A stretch of DNA of 64,000 nt from Squalus acanthias (lineage: Eukaryota): contig CM059427.1 in the NCBI GenBank assembly GCA_030390025.1, positions 182,590,001 to 182,654,000 of the forward strand, read 5' to 3'. Positions 11,297 through 22,968 of the stretch are shown here, in pieces. Each line of letters opens with the position of its first letter. The stretch's first letter is position 1. Under the pieces are notes generated by a model. That model saw only the letters and a program-made list of their open reading frames with translations. It was not told the origin of the DNA and ran no database searches. The translations under genes and the position numbers were made by a program.

Positions 11297-11984
11297 ATGA
11301 TGTGGAGATGCCGGTGTTGGACTGGGGTGGACAAATGTGAGAAGTCGCACAACACCAGGTTATAGTCCAACAGCTTTATTTGAAATCACAAGCTTTCGGA
11401 GCGCTGCTCCTTCATCAGGTGAAGTGAAGAGATGCATATAGGCACAGCATATATAGTCAGAGAACACTGCCAGATGATTACAGTTAATCTTTCTAACTGC
11501 CCTTTATCACACCTCGGCAGAGAGATAATCACGGCAATCAAAGGTGTGGATGGTGTCCAAACAGGTCAGTCAGGAAAACATTACATCAAAGACAATGAGG
11601 TGGGGTCACAAGAGGTCCATTGTGGCAGATGCTGGGATGTGTGTGGAAAACAAAAAACTGTTTTTGCTGGAAATCACAGCAGGTCTGGCCGCATCTGTGT
11701 AGAGAGAACAAGCCAACGACGACTCGCGTCTGGATGACTCTACGTCAGGTGGGGTTACATGTAGCGTGACATGAACCCAAGATCCCGGTTGAGGCCGTCC
11801 TCATGGGTGCGGAACTTGGCTATCAGTTTCTGCTCGACGATTTTGCGTTGTCGTGTGTCTCGAAGGCCGCCTTGGAGAACGCTTACCCGAAGATCGGGTC
11901 TTTGATGTAATGTTTTCCTGACTGACCTGTTTGGACACCATCCACACCTTTGGTTGCCGTGATTATTTCTCTGCCGAGGTGTGA
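11297..11984 (-). mobile_element. Penelope-like element (family A): GIY-YIG C-terminus, hammerhead motif and inverted terminal segment
   Basis: 11755-11895 on the minus strand encodes DLRVSVLQGGLRDTRQRKIVEQKLIAKFRTHEDGLNRDLGFMSRYM*. An 86-bp inverted repeat spans 11507-11592 and 11899-11984. Confidence 0.8.
11386..11422 (-). ncRNA. Minimal type I hammerhead ribozyme motif
   Basis: ucac-CUGAUGA-a-ggagc(agc)gcucc-GAAA-gc-UU-guga: stem I ucac/guga, 5-bp stem II, palindromic AAGCUU in place of stem III. Confidence 0.8.
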
Positions 11985-12110
11985 CCTGATTGAGGTGTAC
12001 AAAATTATGAGGAGCATTGATAGGGTAGATAGAAAGGAACTTTTCCCCTTAGTAGAGGGGTCAATCACCAGGGGGCATAGTTTCAAGGTAAGGGGCAGGA
12101 GGTTTAGAGG

Positions 12111-13350
12111 ATTGGCTATCTAACAGAAAGCAAAGAGTTGGGATAAATGGTTCATTCTCAGACTGGCAATCAGTAACTAGTGGTGTTCCACAGGGGTCAG
12201 TGCTGGGTCCCCAACTCTTTACAATCTATATTAACGATTTGGAGGAAGGGACCAAGTGTAACATATCAAAATTTGCAGATGATACAAAGATGGGAGGGAA
12301 AGTAGTGAGTGAGGAGGACATAAAAAACCTGCAAGGGGACATAGACAGGCTAAGTAAGTGGGCAGAGATTTGGCAGATGGAATACAACACTGGAAAGTGT
12401 GAGGTGATGCACTTTGGCAGGAAAAATCCTAGAGCAATTTATTATCTTAATGGCAAGAAACTGGAGAGTACTGAAGTGCAAAGGGATCTGGGGGTCCTGG
12501 TGCACGAAACTCAAAAGGTTAGTATGCAGGTGCAGCAAGTGATTAAGAAGGCAAATGGAATGTTGGCTTTCATTGCTAGGGGGATAGAATATAAAAATAG
12601 GGAGGTATTGCTTCAGTTGTACAAGGTATTGGTGAGACCGCACCTGGAATACTGCATACAGTTTTGGTGTCCTTACTTAAGGAAAGACATCCTTGCTCTC
12701 GAGGCAGTGCAAAAAAGGTTCACTCGGTTAATCCCGGGGATGAGGGGGTGGTCATATGAGGAGAGGTTGGGTAGATTGGGACTCTACTCATTGGAGTTCA
12801 GAAGAATGAGAGGCGATCTTATTGAAACATATAAGATTGTGAAGGGGTTGGATCGGGTGGATGCGGGGAGGATGTTCCCGATGACGGGTGAGACTAGAAC
12901 TAGGGGACATAGTCTTAGAATAAGGGGCTGCTCTTTCAAAACTGAGATGAGGAGGAACTACTTCACTCAGAGGGTGGTAGGTCCATGGAATATGCTGCCA
13001 CAAAAAGCTGTAGAAGCTACATCATTAAATAAATTTAAAACAGAAATAGACAGTTTCCTAGAAGTAAAGGGCATTAAGGGTTACGGGGAGCGGGCAGGAA
13101 TTTGGACATGAGTCTAGGTTCGGATCGGTCATGGCCCTGTGGGTAGTGGAGCGGGCCCAGGGACCGTGTAGCCTGATTCTGCTCCTATTTCGTGTGTGCA
13201 ATTCTGTTAGATGCAGGAGATGGTTCTGTGACAGATAGTAGATTGGCGGTTAGGATCAGATCAGCCATGATCTTATTGAATGGCGGAGCAGGCTCGAGGG
13301 GCCGATTGGCCTACTCCTGCTCCTATTTCTTATGTTCTTATGTTCTTATG
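12111..13350 (+). mobile_element. Young CR1 LINE, 5'-truncated (RT C-terminal half, 3' UTR, (ttcttatg)n tail)
   Basis: Open ORF 12200-13111 with FADD and RPHLEYC; octamer tail at ~13327-13350; closely similar to the 16626-19790 copy. Confidence 0.92.
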
Positions 13351-13406
13351 TATTGTGGGACACATCAGTTGCCGGTCCTGTTCCTGTTCTCACTGTATTC
13401 AAGGAC

Positions 13407-13957
13407 AGGGAAGAAATTCAGCTGCTTTGCGCGTCCCGTTAGCACCTGGGGGGGTGGGGGGATGTGGTGGTAACGGGCCGTTAAGGAGTTTGCGACCGGG
13501 CGCGGCTAATTAAAGGCACTGGTTTTCAGGTAGGCCAAACCTTATTTTTATACCAGTCTGGTGCCTGCTGAAAGTTTTCGATGCTTTGTTGCTGCGACAT
13601 GTCCAAGCCCTCCACTCTCTGAGAGTGTTTGGGGCTGTAATGGCAGTCGCGCAGGTCGCCTGGCAACACATAATTGAGCAGAAGTATGTTGTGCACCATA
13701 ATTGGCCCTTCCCTTTAAGCGAGGGAAGCAGCCTCCGATGCCGGTATCTTAGCACTCCACATTGTTCAGCGCTCTGCTGCTACTGCCCCGCTCTCACACT
13801 TTAGCGCCCTAAGAGAAGTGGTTTGTGCTTGATTTAGCACTCCACTTCCCTCTTGGTGCACTGGAGCTCAATTTCCCGGCAGGAGAGAATCATTAGCGCC
13901 TGGCGCTACTTTTCCTACTTTTCAAAAGTTAGTGCCCCAAACCGAATTTGTAGCCCT
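13407..13957. mobile_element. Harbinger-type MITE related to the 2497-6892 element
   Basis: Ends agggaagaaattcag and ccgaatttgtagccct; contains ttagcgcctggcgcta. No clean TSD. Confidence 0.6.
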
Positions 13958-14100
13958 ATATATACAGTTTTAACAGAACCCTTTTGTTTGAGATATTCAT
14001 ATAGGGCTCCCTCCTAATAACATTCCACCACTTTCTCTGAAGAGTCAGGGAAGGAAAGAAAAAACAATTGCTGAATCCACAACTAGATGGGTTGTGAGTG

Positions 14101-14495
14101 AACATAAGAACATAAGAAATAGGAGCAGGAGTAGGCCAATCGGCCCTTCGAGCCTGCTCCGCCATTCAATAAGATCATGGCTGATCTGATCCTCACCTCA
14201 AATCTAAAGAACACAAGAAGTAGGAGCAGGACCCGGCCACTCAGCCCCTGGGCCCGCTACGCCACCCACAGGGCCTCGACCAATCCAAACTCAGTCTCAT
14301 GTCCAATTTCCTGCCCGCTCCCCGTAACCCCTAATTCCCTTTACTTCTAGGAAACTGTCTATTTCTGTTTTAAATGTATTTAATGATGTAGCTTCCACAG
14401 CTTCCTGGGGCAGCAAATTCCACAGACCTACTACCCTCTGAGTGAAGAAGTTTCTCCTCATCTCAGTTTTGAAAGAGCAGCCCCTTATTCTAAGT
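14101..14495 (-). mobile_element. CR1 3' end fragment (same family as 12111 and 16626)
   Basis: (cataagaa)n tail; near-identical to 16626-17012. Confidence 0.9.
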
Positions 14496-14719
14496 TTGAA
14501 GGCTCAGAGGCATGAATCGCCAGGCTTGCTGAGAGCCTCCACTGCAGCTCACAAGTGGTCTTCAGCTCATTTTATAACTTAACTCTTTATCACAGTCCAG
14601 GATTACAATTGCACAGAGCAGGACAGGACTAACATTTCCAGCACGCACTCGGAGAAATGTACATTGAAGAAGCAAGAAAGATCAATAAATCCTGAGATTA
14701 ATAAAGATTGAAGTTCATT

Positions 14720-15034
14720 TCACAGAATCACAGAATCCCCACAGTGCAGATAGAGGCCATTTCGGCCCATCAAGCCTGCACCGACACATATCCCACCCTA
14801 TCCCCGTAACCCCACATAATTAATCCCCCTAACACTAAGGGTCAATTTTATCATAGCCAAATCAACCTAACCCGCACATCTTTGGACTGTGGGAGGAAAC
14901 CGGAGCACCCGGAGGAAACCCACGCAGACACGGGGAGAATGTGCAAACTCCACACAGACAGTCATCCGAGGCCGGATTGGAACCCAGGGTCCCTGGCGCT
15001 GTGAGGCAAGAGTGCTAACCACTATGCCACCGTG
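14720..15034 (-). mobile_element. HE1-like V-SINE
   Basis: V-domain ggaggaaaccggagcacccggaggaaacccacgcagacac (reverse strand), tRNA-like head and CR1-type (attctgtg)n tail. Confidence 0.85.
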
Positions 15035-15699
15035 TTTCTCGATCTGCTCTTGTGCTTAATGGGACTGTACATTTTTCCAGAATATTTGTTTTATGAAAAT
15101 TTAACACCATAAAGTGGCTCAATTATAGTATGTTCGTGTTGGCCATAACTCTTGGTCAATCCAGATCACTTCCCTTTGCAACAGCCTCAGAATTTATTTA
15201 GGCGGACAAGATTCTTTCTCGTTCCTTTGTAAAATTGAAAACTTAGAAGGCCCACTGCAAGATCCATTTTATTTTGTTTCCAAGCCTTTGCGCAGTGTGG
15301 TGCAGCGCTATCAAATATTAGTAGACGTCGGAGTTTTGCAGTAGCTGTCAGCTCTGTCACGCGCAGATCAATGCATGTCAGCGCAGGTAAATTAGGAGAG
15401 AGAGTTGTCTGGAGCCCTCTTGAAATTGATATACTTTCAAAAAAGCGCAGTTTCAGCAACAAGGGAAAAGTAAGGAACAGGCTGCATGAGAGGTGTGCTG
15501 TTAGCATCATTCCATTCATACCAACAGAAAGGGAGAAGCGGTTGTAGCCACACAGGGCACCGTTTGTAGTGGATGTATCTTTAATGCTGAGCTTGCTATT
15601 TGCAAAATCATCGCTCGTCTCTCGTCATGCAGAATCTGTAAAACGGGAATTCTGCATTTATCTACAGAATCCAGAAGAGTTATTCCCTCATACTCGTTT

Positions 15700-16200
15700 C
15701 GGGTAGAAGTCTGTCAGCGCTCGATTTTAGGCGCATAGGCGCAAGGTCCGCATGACCTGGGAGGGCCAAGGCCAGCTGGAAATCAGGCCTCAGTCCTCAG
15801 GCCTTATCAGAATAATCTGGGCAAGATGCCGGCGCCTCTCGTGCCTCCACAGGCCAGCTCGTCCATTTTAACCAGATGAATTTCGGGTCGCATGCCTCAC
15901 TGGGAGTGGTAAGTCCCGGGAGGGGGTGGGTGGAGTGGTAACGGGCGGGCGGGGGCTGAGCATGAGTACGGATGAGTCAGGGCAAACCACACCTGCTCCT
16001 CCTGGCTCCACAGGAACATTGTTTTATAAAAAAAAACATACTTTTTGGTGGCGGTCAGGCTTCGACCTCAGAAATCGCTGAGGAATTCCAGAGTCTGCTC
16101 CACTCATCAGAATCTAATTTCACAGAGGGGGCTTAAAACAGGAATTAGATATGCATTAAACATGGAAGGGGCCCAATGCCTGTTTTAGATGTACAACAGG
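15700..16200. mobile_element. GC-rich MITE-like element (unassigned; similar segments at ~33800-34820 and ~39100-39760)
   Basis: Shared ctgctcctcctggc(t/c)ccac-type motif at ~15992, ~34368 and ~39447. Boundaries approximate. Confidence 0.4.
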
Positions 16201-16214
16201 CCAACAGGCCAGGC

Positions 16215-16247
16215 GTTCTGACGAAGGGTTCGACCCGAAATGTTGAC
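16215..16247 (+). ncRNA. Minimal hammerhead ribozyme motif in a Penelope-derived repeat (family B, 16215-16312)
   Basis: guu-CUGACGA-a-gggu(ucg)accc-GAAA-ug-UU-gac. Confidence 0.7.
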
Positions 16248-16625
16248 TCTGTTTCGCTCTCTCGATGCTGCCTGACCTGCTGAGTGTTTGCAGCGCTTTT
16301 TGTTGTTATTTCAGGCCCAATATTGGGTCGGACATTTTTCAGGTATCCTTGGGACACAGGATACTGGTTGCTGAAATTGACCTCCTTGCGTCCTTTTTAC
16401 GCCTGTATGAAATTGCTCATATTCGGACATGTTTCCCAAAATATCACAGATTTCGGGGAGAAGGAGATTCCCTTTCTGCCCCCACCTCTCTTCTTGACTC
16501 GATTCTGATTCACATCTTTGATTTAGGTTACAAATTTTAAAATTCTGACTGGTTCATTGAGGACCAGGAGATTCTTATTGGCGTGATACTGCTGGCCATA
16601 AATCCATGGAACAACTGCTTGCTTA

Positions 16626-19600
16626 CATAAGAACAGAAGAAATAGGAGCAGGAGTAGACCAATCGGCCCCTCGAGCCTGCTCCGCCATTCAATGAGATCA
16701 TGGCTGATCTGATCCAACCTCAACTCTAAAGAACACAAGTAGGAGCAGGACCAGGCCACTCGGCCCCTGGGCCCGCTCCGCAACCCACAGGGCCTTGACC
16801 GATGCGAACTCAAACTCATGTCCAATTTCCAGCCCGCTCCCCGTAACCCCGGATTCCCTTTACTTCTAGGAAACGGTCTATTTCTGTTTTAAATTTATTT
16901 AATGAAGTAGCTTCCACAGCTTCCTGGGGTAGCAAATTCCACAGACCCACTACCCTCTGAGTGAAAAAGTTTCTCCTCATCTCAGTTTTGAAAGAGCAGC
17001 CCCTTATTCTAAGATTATGTCCCCTAGTTCTAGTTTCACCCATCATTGGGAACATCCTCACCGCGTCCACCCGATCAAGCCCCTTCACAATCTTATATGT
17101 TTCAATAAGATCGCCTCTCATTCTTCTGAACTCCAATGAGTAGAGTCCCAATCTACTCAACCTCTCCTCATATGTCCACCCCCTCATCCCCGGAATTAAC
17201 CGAGTGAACCTTCTTTGTACTGCCTCGAGAGCAAGTATGTCTTTTCTTAAGTATGGACACCAAAACTGTATGCAGTACTCCAGGTGCGGTCTCACCAATA
17301 CCCTATACAACTGCAGCAATACCTCCCTGTTTTTATATTCTATCCCCCTAGCAATAAAAGCCAACATTCTGTTGGCTTTCTTGATCACCTGCTGCACCTG
17401 CATACTAACTTTTTGATTTTCTTGCGCCAAGACCCCCAGATCCCTTTGTACTGCAGTACTTTCCAGTTTCTCGCCATTAAGATAATAACTTGCTCTCTGA
17501 TTTTTCCTGCCAAAGTGCATAACCTCACATTTTCCAATATTGTATTGCATCTGCCAAATCTCTGCCCACTCACCCAGCCTGTCTATATCCCCTTGTAGGT
17601 TTTTTATGTCCTCCTCACTCTCTACTTTCCCTCCCATCTTTGTATCATCTGCAAACTTTGATATGTTACACTCGGTCCCCTCCTCCAAATCGTTAATATA
17701 GATTGTAAAGAGTTGGGGACCCAGCACCGACCCCTGCGGAACACCACTGGCTACTGGTTGCCAGTCCGAGAATGAACCATTTATCCCAACTCTCTGCTTC
17801 CTGTTAGATAACCAATCCACCACCCATGCCAAAATATTACCCCCAATCCAATGATTTTTTATCTTGAGTACTAATCTTTTATGTGGCACCTTGTCGAATG
17901 CCTTCTGGAAGTCTAAATACACTACATCCACTGGTTCCCCTTTATCCACCCAGTACGTTATGTCCTCAAAGAACTCGAGCAAATTTGTCAGACATGACTT
18001 CCCCTTCATAAAGCCATGCTGACTTTGTCCTATTAAATTATGTTTATCTAAATGTTCCGTTACTGTCTCCTTAATAATAGACTCCAAAATTTTACCCACC
18101 ACAGATGTTAGGCTAACTGGTCTATAATTTCCAGCCTTCTGCCTACAACCCTTTTTAAATAAGAGTGTTACATTAGCAGTTTTCCAATCTGCCGGGACCT
18201 TTGCTGAGTTCAGGGAGTTTTGGAAAATTATTACCAAAGCATCCACAATTCCTACTGCCACTTCCCTCAAGACCCTAGGATGTAAGCCATCAGGTCCAGG
18301 GGATTTATCCGCCTTGAGTCCCATTATTTTACTGAGTACCATTTCCTTAGTGATTTTAATCGTATTTAGCTCCTCCCCCACTAGAGCCCCCTGTTTGTCC
18401 AGTGTTTGGATATTCTTAGTGTCCTCTACCGTAAAGACTGAAACAAAATATTTGTTCAGCATTTTTGCCATCTCCATGTTTCCCACCATTAATTTCCCGG
18501 TCTCATCCTCTAAGGGACCTATGTTTGCCTTCACCACCCTTTTTCTTTTTATATAACTATAGAAACTCTTGCTATCCGTTTTTATATTTTTTGCTAATTT
18601 ATTTTCATAGTCTATTTTCCCTTTCTTAATCAATCCTTTAGTTACTTTTTGTTGTCTTTTGAAGACTTCCCAATCTTCTATCCTCCCACTAACTTTGGCT
18701 ACCTTATATGTCCTTGTTTTTAGTTGGATACTTTCTTTAATTTCTTTACTTAGCCATGGATGGCTGTCATTTCTTTTACACCCTTTTTTCCTCAGTGGAA
18801 TATATTTATTTTGAAAGTTGTAAAATAACTCCTTGAATGAACACCACTGCTCATGTACCGTCTTACCCTTTAATCTATTTTCCCAGTCCACTTTAATCAA
18901 TTCTGCTCTCATGCCATCATAGTCTCCTTTATTCAAGCTCAGTATGCTTGTTTGAGAACCAACCTTCTCACCCTCTAATTGGATATGGAATTCAACCATG
19001 TTATGGTCACTCATTCCAAGGGGATCCTTAACTAGGACATTATTAATTAATCCAGACTCATTACACAGTACCAGGTCCAAGGTTGCTTGCCCCCTTGTAG
19101 GATCAGTTACATACTGCTCAAGAAATCCATCCCGAAGACACTCAATAAACTCTTCCTCAAGACTGCCCTGCCCAATTTGATTTGTCCAGTTAATATGATA
19201 TTTAAAATCCCCCATAATTATAGCGGTTCCCTTATTACATGCCCCAACTATTTCCTGATTAATACTTCTTCCAACAGAGTTGCAACTATTAGGAGGCCTA
19301 TATACTACGCCCACCAGTGTTTTTTTTCCCCTTATTATTCCTTATCTCTACCCAAACTGTTTCATTATCCTGATCTTTTGACCCAATATCATTTCTCTGT
19401 ATTACAGTGATTCCTTCCTTTATTAACATAGCCACCCCCCCTCCCCTTCCTTCCTGCCTGTCCTTCCTGATTGTTAAATACCCTGGCATATTTAATTCCC
19501 AAACGTTGTCACCCTGCAGCCATGTTTCTGTAATGGCCACAAGATCATACCCATACATAGTTATTTGTGCCGTTAACTCGTCAATTTTGTTACGAATGCT

Positions 19601-19790
19601 ACGTGCATTCAGATAAAGAACTTTCAAATGTGTTTTGCGACACTTACTTCCTGCTTTTTCCTTATTTAACACTTTACCTTTTACTCCATACCTTCTGTCC
19701 CTTCCTGACATGCTTTCCTCTGTCTCCCTGCTCAGGTTCCCAACCCCCTGCCACATTAGTTTAAATCCTCCCCAACAGCACTAGCAAACA
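16626..19790 (-). mobile_element. CR1 LINE with near-intact ORF2 (16816-19756; single frameshift at ~19320-19327), the last ORF1 codons and complete 3' UTR
   Basis: 152-aa ORF (YLNARSIRNK, AITETWL, RGGGV) followed by an 832-aa ORF (YRPP, GDF, SDH, RT motifs, FADD). Removing one A from an A8 run joins them into ~979 aa. Confidence 0.95.
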
Positions 19791-20032
19791 CTTCTTCTTG
19801 CAATCCTGTCTGTAATCAGCAGTTAAAATTGCCAACGGCCATTCAGGAGCTATCTGCTGGTGGTCAAATTAGAAACACCCTCAACGCAACATTGATAAAA
19901 GAGAACAAGAAGTCAAACCAAGTGGGTACATAAAATTCCAATCGAAACAATGGGATCCTATTTGTTGCTCTAAAAACAGAAAATGCTGGAAATACTCAGC
20001 AGGTCAGGCAGCATCTGTAGAGAGAGAAACAG

Positions 20033-20069
20033 AGTTAACATTTCAGGTCGATGACTCTTCGTCAGAACT
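20033..20069 (-). ncRNA. Minimal hammerhead ribozyme motif (family B)
   Basis: aguu-CUGACGA-a-gaguc(auc)gaccu-GAAA-ug-UU-aacu; stem II has one mismatch. Confidence 0.7.
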
Positions 20070-20151
20070 GGAAAAAGTTGAAGATGTAACAGGTTTTTAA
20101 GCAAGTGTAGGGGCAGGGAGAGAGGGGAGGGGAGGAAAGAACAAAGGGGAA

Positions 20152-21540
20152 GGTAATTATAGGCCGGTTAGTCTTACTTCGGTGGTTGGTAAGATAATGG
20201 AAAAGGGCCTGAGGGATAGGATTTATGACCATTTGGAAAGAGGCAACTTAATCAGGGATAGTCAACACGGATTCGTGAAGGGTAAGTCTTGCCTAACAAA
20301 TTTGATTGAATTCTTTGAGGAGGTAACTAAGTGTGTAGATGAAGGTAGAGCAGTTGATGTCGTATACATGGATTTTAGTAAGGCGTTTGATAAGGTTCCC
20401 CATGGTCGGCTCATGAAGAAAGTAAGGAGTTGTGGGATAGAGGGAAATTTGGCCGATTGGATAAGTAACTGGCTATCTCATAGAAGGCAGAGGGTGGTGG
20501 TGGATGGAAAATTTTCGGACTGGAGACCAGTTACCAGCGGTGTGCCACAGGGGTCGGTGCTGGGTCCTCTGCTGTTTGTGATTTTTATCAATGACTTGGA
20601 GGAGGGGACTGAAGGGTGGATCAGTAAATTTGCTGATGACACCAAGATTGGTGGAGTAGTGGATGAGGTGGAGGGCTGTTGTAGGCTGCAAAGAGACATT
20701 GATAGGATGCAGAGCTGGGCCGAAAAATGGCAGATGGAATTTAACCCTGATAAGTGCGAGGTGATTCATTTTGGTAGGGCAAATTTGAATAAGGATTACA
20801 GGGTCAACGGCAGGGTTCTGAGGAACGTGGAGGAACAGAGAGATCTGGGGGTTCATATCCACAGATCTCTGAAGGTTGCCACTCAAGTGGATAGAGCAGT
20901 AAAGAAGGCCTATAGTGTGTTAGCGTTTATTAACAAGGGGTTTGAGTTTAAGAACCGTGAGGTTATGCTACAACTGTACAGGACCTTGGTGAGACCACAT
21001 TTGGAATATTGTGTGCAGTTCTGGTCACCTCAGTATAGGAAGGACGTGGAAGCATTGGAAAGAGTGCAAAGGAGATTTACCAGGATGCTGCCTGGTTTGG
21101 GGGGGAGGTCTTATGAGGAAAGATTGAGGGAGTTAGGGCTTTTCTCTTTGGAGCGGAGGAGGATGAGAGGCGACTTAATAGAGGTTTATAAGATGATGAG
21201 GGGGATAGATAGAGTGGATGTTCAGAGACTATTTCCTCGGGTGGAGGTAGCTGTTACAAGGGGGCATAACTATAAGGTGCATGGGGGGAGATATAGAAGG
21301 GATGCTCGAGGTAGATTCTTTACTCAGAGAGTGGTTGGGGTGTGGAATGGACTGCCTGCTGTGATAGTGGAGTCGGACACTTTAGGAACTTTCAAGCAGT
21401 TATTGGATAAGCACATGGAGCACACCAGAGTGATAGGGAGTGGGATAGCTTGATCTTGGTTTCGGACAATGCTCGGCACAACATCGAGGGCCGAAGGGCC
21501 TGTACTGTGCTGTACTGTTCTATGTTTCTATGTTTCTATG
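20152..21540 (+). mobile_element. Young 5'-truncated CR1 LINE (third family), open RT ORF 20182-21453, (tttctatg)n tail
   Basis: Uninterrupted 423-aa RT ORF with QHGF, DFSKAFD, GVPQGS and FADD; octamer tail. Confidence 0.93.
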
Positions 21541-22847
21541 TGATAGGGTGGAAGGCAGGAGAGATTAAGAGACAAAAGGGATGATGGTGCAAGGCAAAAG
21601 GAGATGGTAATGGGACAAGTTAAGAAACAAAAGATGACTCTAGATGAAGAGTAAATGGCGATAGCAGAATCATCAACAGCTGACATGTGAGAGAGAGAAA
21701 AAAAATGATAGGGCCAGAGGTTGTGGTCTGAAATTGTTGAACTCGATGTTGAGTCCAGAAGACTGTAAAGTGCCTAATCGAAAGATGAGGTGCTGTTCCT
21801 CGAGCTTACGTTGAGCTTCTTTGGAACAGTGTAAGAGGCCGAGGACGGAGAGGCCAGAGTGGGAGTGGAGCAGAGAATTAAAGTGACAGGCGACCGGAAG
21901 CCCGGGCTATTTATTGCTCTTCTGCCTCCTATCCAAAGGCCATTAAAGTGCACAACTGTAGTTCTATCTTGCTGAGAATAGGTCTCCAGGTATTCCTGAG
22001 AGTCCAGAGATCTTAGCTTGTGTTGCTGTTGATAAGACTTTAAAACTGGAAAATGGGCTGCTAATTCAGCTGCCCCACCCCCAATTACCTCAGTCCATCA
22101 CTTCAGCATGACCATTTCCACCAGTAGCAGATTGTTTCATCCTTTATCAACAGGTGAAGAAGTAGAGCGACTGCATGAGACACTTACTGGGCCATGGTGC
22201 AGAACGGTTTGAATTCCTCCTAGTATAATGTCAACTTTATTACCAGATTTATATTATGTCCTGTTCTTAATTAACTGTGCCAATGGCAATTATATCATGA
22301 GATGAATCTCAGCTATTCTTCATTATCTCTTCAACCCATGATATTATCCAATGGAATAGTTTACAGTTTTAGTCTACAGAACAAGCTTATTAAAAGTAAC
22401 AGCTAAGTAGTAGCAAGAGACAATACAACAGCTTGCACTTTTTTAAAAGAACGTTAATATCCCTGGCCATAAACTGAATGAAATATGTGACACTTCATTG
22501 ACTCTACAGATAATACTAAACCTAGACTAGCATCTGTACTATAACTCTTATACATGGGTATTTGTAATTGCTGCACGAGATCACATCCATGAGTTGCAGT
22601 ACAGTGATACATGAGAACTTTGGCACAAGGCTGTCCCATTTATCGTTCTGAATCAGTAGCTTCTGGCTACAGAACTCCTGATCTAAAGTGGATTTCAAAA
22701 GCTGTCGATGCTGGTGACCACTCCCTTTAAAAATCCTCTTTTGGGTAATCTCCCTTCTTTTATAATTTGAAGATCGGATCAAGACAAAAGGTGTTTTTTA
22801 CAATCAAATACAGCTGTCATTGACGGTAGAGTTTAACAAGATCAGAA

Positions 22848-22968
22848 AGCAAATGCTGGAAATCTGAAATAATTGCAGAAAATGCTGGAAACACTCAGCG
22901 GGTCAGGCAGCCTCTGTGGAGAGAGAAAGGTCATTGACCCGAAACGTTAACCCTATGTTTCTCTCTCA
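22848..22968. mobile_element. Penelope-derived family B fragment with fold-back junction and partial hammerhead
   Basis: Reverse-orientation body joined to forward ggtcattgacccGAAAcgTTaac; gagagagaaa / tttctctctc inverted. Confidence 0.6.

Larger units (their letters stand above)
8400..12110 (+). mobile_element. 5'-truncated CR1 LINE with ORF1 esterase and frameshifted ORF2 (APE-RT), interrupted by a Penelope-like insertion at ~11297-11984
   Basis: ORF2 pieces at 9132-9371, 9346-10062, 10059-10280, 10295-10513 and 10474-11340 carry YYRPP, GDLNYP, SDHN, KSPGPD, NYRPVS, DFSKAFDKV, GVPQGS and FADD. Resumes at ~11981 with DLIEVYKIMRS. Confidence 0.9.
19972..21902 (-). mobile_element. Penelope-like element (family B) 3' part, split by a CR1 insertion
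   Basis: ~21720-21900 on the minus strand encodes LPVACHFNSLLHSHSGLSVLGLLHCSKEAQRKLEEQHLIFRLGTLQSSGLNIEFNNF (GIY-YIG C-terminus). Purine-rich flanks continue across the CR1. Confidence 0.8.

Noticed and set aside
22522-22782. 86-aa minus-strand ORF in unique DNA
   Set aside because: No motif or splice support; consistent with chance.
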